From assembly GCA_012295275.1 (NCBI GenBank), contig CM022674.1:12648001-12712000 (forward strand): 64,000 nt of DNA. Direction: 5' to 3'. Under the pieces are notes generated by a model. It was not told the origin of the DNA and did not search any database. It was given only the letters and a program-made list of their open reading frames with translations. Below are positions 27,906-41,075 of the stretch, in pieces; the first letter of the stretch is position 1, and each line of letters starts with the position of its first letter. Both the position numbers and the translations under genes were made by a program. This stretch comes from Chrysomallon squamiferum (lineage: Eukaryota > Animalia > Mollusca).

Positions 27906-29844
27906 ATTGTAACTATGTATATGTGTATGTATCATTGTATGTGTGTGTACACGAGTATGTATTGTTCTCTGTGTGTATGATATAATATACAGACATTTAC
28001 TGTATTTAATAAATTAATATGAGTTAAATTAATAAGGACATTTTTACAAATATTTTGAAACATTCAGCAGCTTAGCTTTTTTTTTTTGATAGCTATATTT
28101 TTAAAAACAAAATATTTGACAAAAATATTTTAAAAAATCAAACTCATCAAAAGAGGAAAAAAGAAAGAAAAAAAAAAAAAAAAATAAAAAAAAAAAAAAA
28201 AAAATGTATAAATAAGATAAATAATTATATATAAATACATATATATATATATATATAAATTGAATACAGCTGAAAATATAACCCACTAAAGAAAACGAAA
28301 ATAAAACTTAAATCATTCAGTCAGTGAGCTTTGAACCCGTGAACTTGTGCACATCACACAGACTGCTTGCTCCATTAAGATAATGGGCTTCACAGCAGAT
28401 GCCAAGCTGTTGCCATCTGCAGCCAAACGGTGTTCATGAATGGGATAAATAGAGGTCTAAGTGCCCAGCCTGGACGATGTTAACAGCGCAGTTAGCCAGC
28501 CACTGGTGTGTCTGTGTGAGAGACGTCCAACGTTGTCGTAGACAAAACATCAGACATGCAGTGGTATGCCAGCTGTCAGACGTTGCCTGTTATGAACACG
28601 TTTCAGCGAACACAGCACAGCTTAACATTTCGTGTGTTAGGAAAATATTGTAGTTCTTTTTTTGTGTGTGTGTGTGTGCGTGTGTTCTGTATTAATGTCT
28701 TTTTGTGTGTGTGTGTATGTGTGTTCATGTGTCTATATAATGTTTTTGTGTTTATGTGTGTGTGTGTGTCTTGTGTGTGTTTTCTGTGTGTGTGTGTGTG
28801 TGTGTGTTGTGTGTGTATGTGGTCTGTTTGTGTGTTTATGTGTTTGGGGTGCATACATGTGTCTATATATGTTTGTGTGTTTGTTTATGTGTATGTGTGT
28901 TTATAGTTGCATGTGTTTCTCTGTGTGTGTGTTTGTGTTTATTTATGTCTTGTGCATGTGTTTCTCTGTGTGTGTGTGTGTGTTTGTGTGTGTGTGTCTG
29001 TGTGTACATGTGTCTGTATAATGTTTGTGTGTATGTTTATAGTTGAGAGGATGTGTGAATGTCTTGTGTTTATAAATGAATGGAACAGATTTTTTGTTCT
29101 TGTTTAGATAATTACCCAGCTAAGACAATTATAAATAATTTTATGAGCTATTGGCAGAATTGAATAATTATTATTATTATTATTAGTTTATTGTTATTGT
29201 TGTTATTGTTACCATTATCATTATTATTATATTATTATTACTGTTATTATCATCATCATCATCATTATTACTGTTATTGTTATTATAATTATTATTATCA
29301 TTATTATTGTTATTATCATCATTATCATCATTATTATTAGTTATTATTATTATTATTATTATCATTATTATTGTTGTTATTCTTACTTTTATCATCATCA
29401 TTTATATAGCCAAGTAAATAATTAAAGAAACAGATCTGCTTAAAATAATTCAGTTGTTTTTATTTTAATTTTATTTTTTTATCAGTTCTTACAAATCTTT
29501 ATAAATGTTAAGTGGGGTTTTATTTATGTCCCATTTTCATCGTTTGTGTTATCTGATTAATTTTTTCTGAGGCAAAAACTCCACTCTCTGGGAAATTAAT
29601 TTTCCATTTTTTGAATTATTCAACATTTCAGTTTTTTTTAATTTCACTTCATTTAATAAGAAACATATTCAGTGATAACAGATGAGACCACATGTTAACT
29701 GCATAAGTTATTCTTTTTTATTGCTTCAGAGTGATTTTTAGATTTGTGTGATAATGTAACTCGTTTGTTAATCTTTTATTTCTTTTTTCTTTCACCCCCC
29801 CTCAAGAACAAAACAACAACAACAACAACAATAACAACAACTCT

Positions 29845-29881
<37 letters not shown>

Positions 29882-31303
29882 AAAAAAAAAAAAGAGTCAC
29901 CACATAAATTGACTTTTATTTTGTTTAATGATAAAATGGCAAACATGTGAGGATTGATTAAACACGCAGGTTACACTTTTACAAATATTTATACCCAATA
30001 AAGTGATTTTATGTTTCTTCGTGAGATGAGGCTGTTGGTTGTACAAAATGTAACAAGACTATGTTGAATTAATTTTAGTTTTCTATGTAATTGTTTTTTA
30101 AATATATTTCTTTTGGATTGAAGGAATTATAGAGTATTAATATTGAGTATTAACATTGAGTATTAACATTGAGTATCAACATTGGCAGCAAAAAAGACAA
30201 AAAAAGAAAGAAAAATAACACACAAAAACAAAGCAGCAACAAAACAACTTGTTAATTAGATTTTAATTATATTTATATGTAAAAACATAACAGCACATTC
30301 TGTCCATGTTGGTAACTCTGTTATTGTATATAGCAGATATATCTGTAATATTATGTTTGTATCATTTTATATATATATAAAATATACATACATACACATA
30401 CATTTGTGCCTATATATGTACACACACCATACATAAAAACATTAAAAAGTACAGAAAAAAGTGTAAAAACTGTATCAGTAGCAGTTAGTTTTATTTTACA
30501 GCATTGTCAGCAGATAAATGGTTTTTCATTTTGTTTGTGACAGGTTCACACCATGGATTATATGTGATATATATTCATTTTTTAACACAGCAGAAAAATC
30601 AATTTTAATTATGTGCGTGGTAATATGATAGCAGAGCTTATCATATTTAACAATATTAACTTAGATAAATCTATGCTGCAGAATATTAGCAAGTATACAA
30701 AATTACAAGAATATAAAATCAGTTTATATGCAGTTTTAAGACAATTAAAAAAAACCTGTTGTAGACAAACTGTGGTCTCACGTTTTCACTCTGAAATCTA
30801 AATGTCATTACACAAGAAAAGATTAAAAAAAAAGCAAAACAAATTAAAAGATAAATAAATTTAAAAAAAAATTAAAAAAACTGAAATCAAGAGCTAGAAC
30901 AAACATGTTTGGTTTATGTGTTTGGTTTTGTCAGGTTTAAATTTCTAATGAAATTTTATTTCAACTTGTTTGGCTTTGTGAATTGCTTTTCAATGTAATC
31001 AAGTGATAATTTTTTTTTTTTTTTTTAAATTTATTCCTGTAAATGGTTCAAATGAAAGGTGAGACCAATGCAAGGCTTTATTACTGTTTTATTTATTTTG
31101 AAATAATTTATTATAATTTCTGAAAAAAAAAAAAAGAAAGAAAGAAGAAAGTAGAAGTAGGTAAAAATATAAATAAACAAATAAATAAATTTAAAAAAAA
31201 CAAAGTGAAAAGTTAGTTTTTTAATTTTATGTTAATGTTATTGATATGGACATATTGTTGTGGTTTATAAATTTAAAAACAATTTCTTTAATTTTTTCAC
31301 ATT

Positions 31304-31338
<35 letters not shown>

Positions 31339-31537
31339 TTCATTCATTTATTCTTTAAAAAAAAAAAAAAAAAAAACTTATATTTTTTTTTTTTTTTTAA
31401 ATTTAATTGATAAAAAGTATTAATTAAGGCTTTAAAAAATGAAAATTTAATTTATATGTTAATAATACTTTGGTAATCATTGTACACACACAAAGGTGAG
31501 GAGTTATAAAATAAAGGGTCTTTTCCAGCACAAACTT

Positions 31538-32045
31538 CATAGAAAGGTCTGTAACTGAATTATTGTATATGCTTGTATATAATATACAAAGGTAAAATAA
31601 GCACAAACCTGAATGAAACTACATAGAAACTTCTCTAACTGAATTACTGTATATGCTTGTATATAATATATAAAGGCAAAAGAAAGATATGTTGGTATTT
31701 TAACAAGATTCTGTGAACTGGTTAGAACAGGAAAAAATAAATCTACCATATATTATTTTAATCTCAGAGGTGTGTTTGGAACAAGAGATAAAGAAATAAA
31801 ATAATCTACAACAAAGTCTTCGAATCAGAGACTGGTTAGAATTAAAATAGTCTGACATAGTCTGTGAACCTGGGAGTATTAGAAAATAGTTCTGTAAAAA
31901 TAATCAGACACATTGCCTGTGAATCTGGGAGTACTTGTTAGAACAGGATGTTAATTTGTATAAAACTAATCTGACACATAGCCTGCGAGTCTCAGAAGGG
32001 TGGTTGGAATGGGAGAAAAATGCCTGAAATATAAAAATGTGACAA
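31538..32045. repeat. 84 bp duplication followed by degenerate ~60-70 bp repeats
   Basis: CATAGAAA...TAACTGAATTA.TGTATATGCTTGTATATAATATA twice, then TGTGAA..TGGTTAGAACAGGA units. Confidence 0.7.
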
Positions 32046-32319
32046 ATTCTGAGCATCAGTTTATTTGTTTATGTTATGATATGTTATTACATTATGTTTA
32101 TGTTATGACACATTACATTGAATTACATTGTACATTTTTATTTAATTTAATTTATTTTATTTAGTTATTTATTTACTTTATACATATATGCTTGAATAAT
32201 GAATTAATTTATTTGTTTCATTTAGTTATTTAATACATCATATAGATTATATTTATTTAGCTCTTGTATGTTTGTTTATTTTTTTGTTGTAATTAACAAT
32301 TTTAAAATTAATGTTACAG

Positions 32320-32390
32320 ACTGTGCCTACTTGGAAAACTCTCAACCAGACCGGCCATACTTCATCTGCTCTATACAGAGCCTGAGACTG
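32320..32390 (+). CDS. RERE: RERE-like coding exon 2 (BAH domain), 71 bp
   Basis: TTACAG|AC acceptor and CTG|GTGAGT donor. Reads (D)[23 protein letters not shown], matching recalled RERE [24 protein letters not shown]. Phase 1 in, phase 0 out. Confidence 0.95.
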
Positions 32391-33584
32391 GTGAGTTTTT
32401 AGTGTTATTCCTTTTCCAGGCTAAATTATGTTTTTATATTTACCACACATATGATTTTATTTCAATTTATTTTTTTATTTTTTTTATTTTTATTTATTTG
32501 CTGTGGCTTTTTCAATGGTTTATGAATTAATGAAAATTTTATTTTGATATTCCTTTTCCAGGAATTTTTGTATTTATTTAAAAAATGTCTATTTCAATAG
32601 CATTTGTACAAAAATGTTGATTTTTTAAATTTAATTATTCCAGTAATTGTTTTAAATATAATCATTGTCAACAGAACAACAACTACTACTACTCATAATA
32701 ATAACAATAACAACAGTAAAAAACAACAACAACAAAAATGAAATATGAAGAAAAAATGAATAAAAGTAAGAAAATATTAAAATAAAATATCTTTTCCTTT
32801 GTTTTCTATGTCATATTTATAAAAATAAATAAAGAAAGAAAGAAAGACATAAATAAATAAATAAATAAAGAAAAGACCTGTACATACTTTTGTATATTAA
32901 TTCACTTATTTACCAGCACTATGATAATAAAAAGTGACAAGAAAAATATCTGTTTCTGCAAACACACTAAACATGTAATGAATCTTGAATATTCCTTGGT
33001 GAATTTCCACCACTGTTTCTCATTAAAATAATACTTAGGACAAATTTGAGACAGACGCTTATCTGGTGCTCAGACACACATACAGTATTCACAAAGAATT
33101 CTGTTTTTATTTCTGACATATTGTACAAACAGACATTAAGGAAAAAAAAAAAATGATGTTTTTAGCTTTTGTGCTTATTATTTTATGCCTGTATTAGCTG
33201 ACCCAGTTCATTAAAGCTATTAGAAATTGGCATTGTAACTTAAATGATGTCTGAACATGGTAAGAGTAATAAAATAACAATTAAGCAAACAAAGGAAAAC
33301 ATCAGCCAAACATCCGATGGTACTAGTATTAATGAATAGGCAGTAACAAAAACCATATGTCAAATTAGGTTTGGTAATGGGCATACATACATCACCTAAA
33401 GTTGATAAATTAGTAGTGATAACCATATAGAAATAATATAATAATTTGTAACTGTAAAGAAAAATAAGATGTCAAAATAATACAGATGTGAAAATAATGA
33501 TGAAAAAAATTTGTCTTAAGTATAAAGAATTTTTTTTTTTAATGAAAATATGTCTGGTTTATATCTATGTATATGTATATATAG

Positions 33585-33621
<37 letters not shown>

Positions 33622-33680
33622 CTATATGAATAATAGAAAACCCATTTACTATACATATAGATACATTTTAAAAATGTTTT

Positions 33681-33718
<38 letters not shown>

Positions 33719-33808
33719 CTCAAGCTTACATACATACATACACTAATTTATTGTTTTTATATGTGAAAAAGGTAAATTGTTTCCAGGTTCACATTCCTAT
33801 TTGTACTA

Positions 33809-33859
<51 letters not shown>

Positions 33860-33972
33860 TTACATAAATACACTGTCATAGGGAATGAAAAATACAGCAT
33901 GTGAAAAAGATAAATTGATTCTAGTTCATTTATTCCTGTTAATACAAATATTACAGACACACACGCACGCAT

Positions 33973-34031
<59 letters not shown>

Positions 34032-34511
34032 CACAGATGCATAATGATTATAATGGCTGAAAAATATAGTACATGAAAAAGACGAAATATTTCTAGGATC
34101 ATTTGTTCCTACCAGTACTAATAATTATAGCACTATCAAGGGAAGAGAAAGACAATAAAAACGACATTCACATAGATTAAAACAACAGAAGCATACAACC
34201 AAATAACCCACACTTGAAAACTGACTGCCTTTAATGAAATTTAGTGAAGAAACATTTTGCTTTAGCTGTTCTCAGTGAAGTTGGAACTTGGCCCCGAATC
34301 AACATTATCATTACTGGTTATTACAGAAATTCTAACATCACTGCCACAGTTAAAACCTTGGCTCTTTGTAAGCATCATGTTAATATTGCAGTGAAATATT
34401 TCCATACAGATGTGTGTAGGGTTGAGTTTGTGAGCTGATAAACAGAAGTAATTGTTAGAAAGATTTAGGTGTGAATGATGCAAGGGGTTTTATAAGTGTG
34501 ATTTATGTGTG

Positions 34512-34589
34512 TGTTGTGTTCATAGTGGTACAGATGTATAGAGTAAGTGGTGTAAGATTTATAGTCTGTGTTGTATTACTTACTGTATG

Positions 34590-34639
<50 letters not shown>

Positions 34640-35142
34640 TCATAGTGGTACAGATGTATAGAGTAGGTGGTGTAAGATTTATAGTCTGTGTTGTATTACT
34701 TACTGTATGATGTATGTCTGTGTGTGTGTGTATGTGTGTGTGTGTGCGTGTGTGTGTGTGTGCGTGTGTGTGTGTGTGTGTTCATAGTGGTACAGATATA
34801 TAGAGTAGGTGGTGGAAGATTTATAGTCTGTGTTGTATTACTTACTGTATGATGTATGTCTGTGTGTGTGTGTGTGTGTGTGTTCATAGTGGTACAGATG
34901 TATAGAGTAGGTGGTGGAAGATTTATAGTCTGTGTTGTATTACTTACTGTATGATGTATGTGTGTATGTGTGTGTGTGTGTGTGTGTATGTTCATAGTGG
35001 TACAGATGTATAGAGTAGGTGGTGGAAGATTTATAGTCTGTGTTGTATTACTTACTGTATGATGTATGTCTGTGTGTGTGTGTGTATGTGTGTGTGTGTG
35101 CGTGTGTGTGTGTGTGTGTGTGCGTGTGTGTGTGTGTGTGTT
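34512..35142. repeat. Compound minisatellite: ~75 bp constant block + variable (TG)n, 5 copies
   Basis: TGTTCATAGTGGTACAGATGTATAGAGTAGGTGGTGGAAGATTTATAGTCTGTGTTGTATTACTTACTGTATGATG, nearly identical in five copies. Confidence 0.95.
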
Positions 35143-37011
35143 TCAGTATCTGTACATTGTGTGTGTATCTGTACGTGTTTCTGTGTACATATGTATGTGT
35201 CAGTATCTACGTGTGTTTCTGTGTACTTGTGTGTATTTCCATGTACATATGTGTATGTGTGTATCTGTGCATGTTTGTGTGTACATATGTGTGCGTGTGT
35301 GTATATATGTTTGTGTGTGTGTGTATGTTTATGTGTGTGTAATATATATATATATGTATATAGATACAGATATATGTATTTTTTTGCATGCATGGATCTG
35401 TATATGCATATATTTGTGTGTTCTCTTTTTCATGTCTCAAGTATTCAGGAAAAATCATTATTTTAATTGGAACTGTAAGCAGAATTTTTATCTCTGTAAT
35501 CTAAGTAGACTGAACAAAGAAAGAAAGAGAAAGATTAACTGCTAATATGTTTAAGATAGAAAACATTAACAATTCATGAAAATAGCAGGGTATTTTTCCC
35601 CCTGTTATTGTTCCTTGAGAGCAGAAAAATCTCACAGCTACAGAAACCTTTAAATAGAGACCATTATCATTATTTGATTCATTCATGAATAAATTATAAT
35701 TACTGGTACAAAGAAGCAGAAGTGACGGACGTCAGTCAGAGTTATCTCCCTTGCATTGTTTAGCCTGCTGACAATTGTGTGTGTGTGTATTGACAGAAAG
35801 TACAGAAATTAATCTGTGGCAGATCTCTGTGTGTGTAGTAAACGGGTTTGTCTCTTCATGTAGAACTTCCAGCTCTGTTATGTGTTAACAGAAACCTTTT
35901 ATAGAAGTTACTGGAGGGCAGATTGAGGCTGTGTTAAAGAGGGGCTGGGTAGTGCTGTATGTCAAAACCTACCCGTTTTATTTTTAAAAATTATATTACA
36001 AGATAGCTAATAATGTTTTGGCATTTATCATAATATTAGCATACAACTTTTAATCCATATATCACCTGCAGACTGAGGATTTGCCACTGTTATGAATTGT
36101 ATTAAAGGTTTTCTGCATAATCCTCAATCCATACATCACTTTTAAGACCACACCTAGATCAGCTGCTATTGTAACCTGTATTACAATACTTCAGGACCAC
36201 CCCCTCTGGTTCTGCTGTCACTGTTATGTACTATTATTATTTATATATATATATATGTATGTGTGTGATTACTTACACAGTAATTAGTGCTGCAAAATGC
36301 GTGACCCTGAAAGATATCGGTGATAACATCACCTGTGATATGCAGATACGCAGTTAATACACCACTCAATGTTAATTGTTCTCATTATCAACTGATTACC
36401 AGTACACGAACACACAGAACTGAACCGTTAACATTCTTCTGTCCAAATTAATGCATACAGTATTTCCATGACAGTTGGCTGTGTAATATATCATTATGTT
36501 ATTTATAGACACAGGAGAAAGTGACGGGGGTAACAGTGAATGTTTGTTTTGCCTACGCATTGAGATGATGTATTTTGTAACATTACATGTTTATTTAGTA
36601 AGTGTGTGTATGAGAACAGTATGTGTTTATAAATATGTAAATAAGTAAGTAAACAAATAAAATAAATAAATAAATTAATAAATAAGAACATGCAATAGTA
36701 AATAAATAATAAAATAATAATATCATAAATAAATAATAAAATAATAATATCATAAATAAATAAATAAAAAAGTAAATATTAAAATGCATAAAATACATGA
36801 TAAAAAGACACACACACACACACACACACACATGTGTGCATGAATATTTATATAACTACCAGGGCCATACTAATGATGTAAAGTAATATTTGTAATATTT
36901 GGTATGCCCTGAATGTTAAAGAAACAATTATCACACACACACAGAAATAAAAACAGAACATATCAACACACATGTGCACACACACACACGCTGAGATATA
37001 TATATAGACAG

Positions 37012-37050
<39 letters not shown>

Positions 37051-38209
37051 CACACACACAGACACACACTCACATACATAATATACAGGCTACAGATATA
37101 TACAAATACACACACTGACATAAGCATTGTAAAGAAATCCACACACAACTGTTAGATAATTTAGTTAAGTATTTACGATAATGAAATGTGACATGCAAAA
37201 TATCTATTTCTACAAACTCACTAGACACACAATAAACTTTGAATATTCCTTAGTGAATTTCCAACATTGGTTCTGGTTAAAATAATGTTCTGCTCAAATA
37301 TGAGAAAGATATTTTTCTGGTGAACTGAACATTTTTACAGGTTTTATATGACTGTTTAGGTTTTAGGATAAATTAACACTTTTAAAATATTTATATGTTA
37401 TATAAAATAAAGTTTCATTGTTATGATTTTTTTTAAGTTACACTCTTTAGGTATTTATAGATTTTTCTCTATGTCAACTTTAATACAGTATTTCAGGTTC
37501 TAAAATAGGGTATAAAATAAGTGATATATGTAAATATAATTTCAGTAACACCAATTCATACGAATTTAGAATATTCATACAACAAAAAAAAAAAAAAAAA
37601 AATAATAAAAATAAATAAACATATAAATTAAAAATATAAATAAAATAAATAAAATAAATAAATAAAGTATAAATAAAAAAAAAAAAAAAAAAAAAAAAAA
37701 TAAATAAAACTAATAATAAACAAATAAAAAATATTAATTCAAATTCTTCTTAACCACAACTTTCTCAATCAACCTTCAAAAATTTTAACATTTATAAAGA
37801 ATCTTTTAAAACCGTAAACAGATATTAAAAAATAAACAGAATTTTAATATCCAACTAGTGCCTTACAAAAAGAAGGTTTTTTTTAAATTATAAATAAATA
37901 AAAAAAAACAAATTCCTCATCGTACTATCTCACTGAAGCAAATATTTGCCACTATCTTTATTGAGATTTAGCCCACAACGGCAGCACTAAATTGTAAATT
38001 GCTGTCAGCAATTTTCTCCTTGCTTCCCATTATCTATTAGATCCTAGATCGGTATTGAGTTATAGAGTACAAACAATGGTATTGAGCGGTGTAGCTGTTG
38101 AGGACTGTGGAGATGTGGCAGTGATACAGCGTCGCGGAGTGCCGATGGTTACGTTGCACGTTGAGTGTTGTCAAGATGGGGCGACTCTGTTAGCACTTTG
38201 CCTCTCATT

Positions 38210-38745
38210 AACTGCTGTCTCTTAATACGATGATGGCGATGACCTCGCAGACTGCATGTGATGTTCATGACTGCAGTTGTGGTTGTTGTGGTTGTAGTTG
38301 CTGTGTGTGTAAGAAATACTTGGCTTTAAGTAATTGGTACCTCTTGTATGATGGTGGAAATGACCTCGCATGAGATGTTGATGGTTGTTAGAAATGACTG
38401 CAGTTGTTGTAGTTGTTGTGTATGTAAGAAATATTGGCTTTAATTAACTGGTGCATGTTAATATGACGATGGTGATGTCCTTACATGCGATGTTGATGAC
38501 TGCAGTTGTTGTAGCTGTTGTACTGAAGTTGTTTTAATTGATTGATGCCTGATAACATTATTATAGTGATGACCTCCTTGTATTTTATGTGGGAGATGAA
38601 AGCTGTTGTTGTGGTTGTTGTTAAAGATCTGTATGCTTATGAAAGAAATATTAAGTAGAGTGGTTGGTATTTGTTAATACGATGATGGTGATGACTTTGT
38701 AAACAACTTATGATAGATGAATGCTGCTGTTGTGGTTGCTGTTTT
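38210..38745. repeat. ~110-130 bp degenerate repeat decaying rightwards
   Basis: Recurring TTAATACGATGATGGCGATGACCT...ATGACTGCAGTTGTTGT. Confidence 0.75.
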
Positions 38746-39116
38746 ATTAATCAGAATAATTGATTGTGGGGCCATAATATTTGAGTGTTTGTTACTATGA
38801 TGATAAAATATATTCATAAAATAAACAAAATGATTGAAGATACATGTTTATGTAGATTGGTGATGTATGTGAATATTTATCTTGTGTATGTACGCACACA
38901 TAGACACAAACACACACACACACACACACACACATGTACATGAATATTTATATAAATACCAGGGCCATACTGACAAAGTAAATTAATATTTCATACACAC
39001 AAAACAAAACTACTCACACATACACAAACAATCAACATGCACCCAACACACACACATACATTACACAGATAAACACACACACACACATACACACACACAC
39101 ACACAACACACAGATA

Positions 39117-39152
<36 letters not shown>

Positions 39153-39345
39153 TTTCACAGATTACACACACACACACAAACACACACACACTCACAAACA
39201 TTCAAGCATCTTTCAATTAAAAACTAAAACTATATTCTAATTTCACTATTTATTTTAATTTTTTTTGTCACTCTCTGACCCTCTCAGAAACGAGTATAAC
39301 GAAGAAATCCTCCTAGTAAAAATATAAAAATTATTTTGTTTTCAG

Positions 39346-39451
39346 ACAAAACGTGGAACTCTGGTTGCTCATGTGAAATGGTACTTCCGCTTCTTTGAGG
39401 TTCCTGAAAGTGTATACCTGCCCCTCGTACAGGACAGACACACCGAAGATG
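39346..39451 (+). CDS. RERE: RERE-like coding exon 3 (BAH domain), 106 bp; gene continues beyond the window
   Basis: TTTTCAG|ACA acceptor and G|GTAAGT donor. Reads TKRGTLVAHVKWYFRFFEVPESVYLPLVQDRHTED, matching recalled RERE [35 protein letters not shown]. Phase 0 in, phase 1 out. Confidence 0.95.
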
Positions 39452-39689
39452 GTAAGTGCTGTCTCGTTTTAGATCTTTTAATTAGTTTTATTCTATTTCT
39501 TCTTTTTTATTTCAGGATTTGTTAGATCTTTTTAAAATATTTATTATACTTTGGAATTGTTTAGATGTGTGTGTGTGTGCATGTGCATACTTACATGAGT
39601 ACATATGCATTTTTGTTAGTATGTTTAAACAAAACAAGAATAATTTAAAAAAAATTCTTGTATGAAACCATATACATATTTCCTGTCTC

Positions 39690-40080
39690 ATGCAACATAT
39701 ACAGTTTATAATTTATCTTGTATAGTGACATACATAATTTATTTACTGAGTAAAATACTAGTAATAATTTATCTTGTATGATACTACCCATATTTCTTAG
39801 CTGTACAATATAAGTAATAATTTATCTCAGATAATAACATACACACATTTCTTTACTTTGTAAAATACTCATAATAATTTAAATGTTCATTATCTTAATA
39901 ATAATTTATCTATTATATTAATAATAATTTTATTTATTTATAATAATTTATCTCTTTAATAACACCCACACTCACTTAACTCACACAATAATTTATCTCG
40001 TACTTCTAGTACTCTGTTTTATTACTCATCCAATATGACAAGTTTCTTTACCCATGCTATATCAGTAATAATTTCATTTT
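39690..40080. repeat. ~55-60 bp degenerate repeat
   Basis: Recurring TAATAATTTATCTTGTAT..ACATATTT. Confidence 0.6.
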
Positions 40081-40854
40081 CATGTGCATATATCATCGTA
40101 GATTACCCCCCTGACAGTGAAGGTACATAAGTATGTAGATTCTTGACAGTGCTGTCATTTCTGACAGGGCTTCTCTGCTCTCTGTTTATCTTTGGTCCTG
40201 TTCAGCGAATGTATCCTGTGTAATTATGAAAATATTACATTCTGACAGGGCAAAAAAATGTAGCAGTGAAAAAGCTGACAAAAGTTTGAGTGATGTCTGT
40301 TAGTGCAGTCGTAAACAAAATCACCCCATGTGTTTTATGTGGCTCCATTCTTTATTCATGACTTTTATTTGTTATTCAGCTGGATGGAGCAGATATATAT
40401 ATGGAGTAGAATGAAGCAGTATTAAGATGTAATAATAGTGTTGTTGTTGTTTTTTTTTTTTTTTTTTAAAGAAATTTTTCTTACATGTATCGTTTACGTA
40501 GTAAAGTGATTCGAGACAGGACATAATTAAAATTTAATAATTTATGTTCGGGGATTTAAATTTTTTATTTTTTTTATTTGTATGTTTGAAAATATTTTTG
40601 AATACGTGTGGTGGATGTTAAAAAGGGGTGGGAGTGGGGGGTTAAATTAAAATGTGATACAGTGTTTTGTTTGTGATTTTTTTTTTTTAAATGTATGTAA
40701 TATTTTCAGCTTTCGTTTAGTTTATTGCATCAGATGTTAGCATGAATAGTTAATCTACTGGTATTTGAAATCAGAAGATGTACACATACACAGACATGTA
40801 TGTCTATAACATTACATACTTCGGTAATCATAGACTCATGCAGACATGTATATT

Positions 40855-41075
40855 TACACACACATCATAGTTATACTACACACATCACATATCATTACTT
40901 TACATATGCTGCATATTGTTATTTTACATACATATTTATACTACACATCACATATCATTATTATATTCCACACATAACATATAGATATTCTACACACATC
41001 ACACATCATTGTTATACTACACAGATCACATATGGTTATTCTACACACATCACACATCACGGTTATATGACACAC
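40855..41075. repeat. ~26 bp minisatellite
   Basis: Unit TACACACATCACACATCATTGTTATAC; accounts for the H/T/Y-rich ORF 40800..41177. Confidence 0.85.

Noticed and set aside
34512-35142. CRISPR-like repeat/spacer appearance (also 48786-49545)
   Set aside because: Repeats are 60-75 bp, spacers are (TG)n microsatellite rather than unique sequence, there are no cas genes, and the context is a eukaryotic intron.
35040-35545. Cys/Val- or His/Thr-rich ORFs (also 12071, 20626, 28556, 33757, 44168, 54464 and others)
   Set aside because: Translations of TG/CA microsatellites, which lack stop codons.
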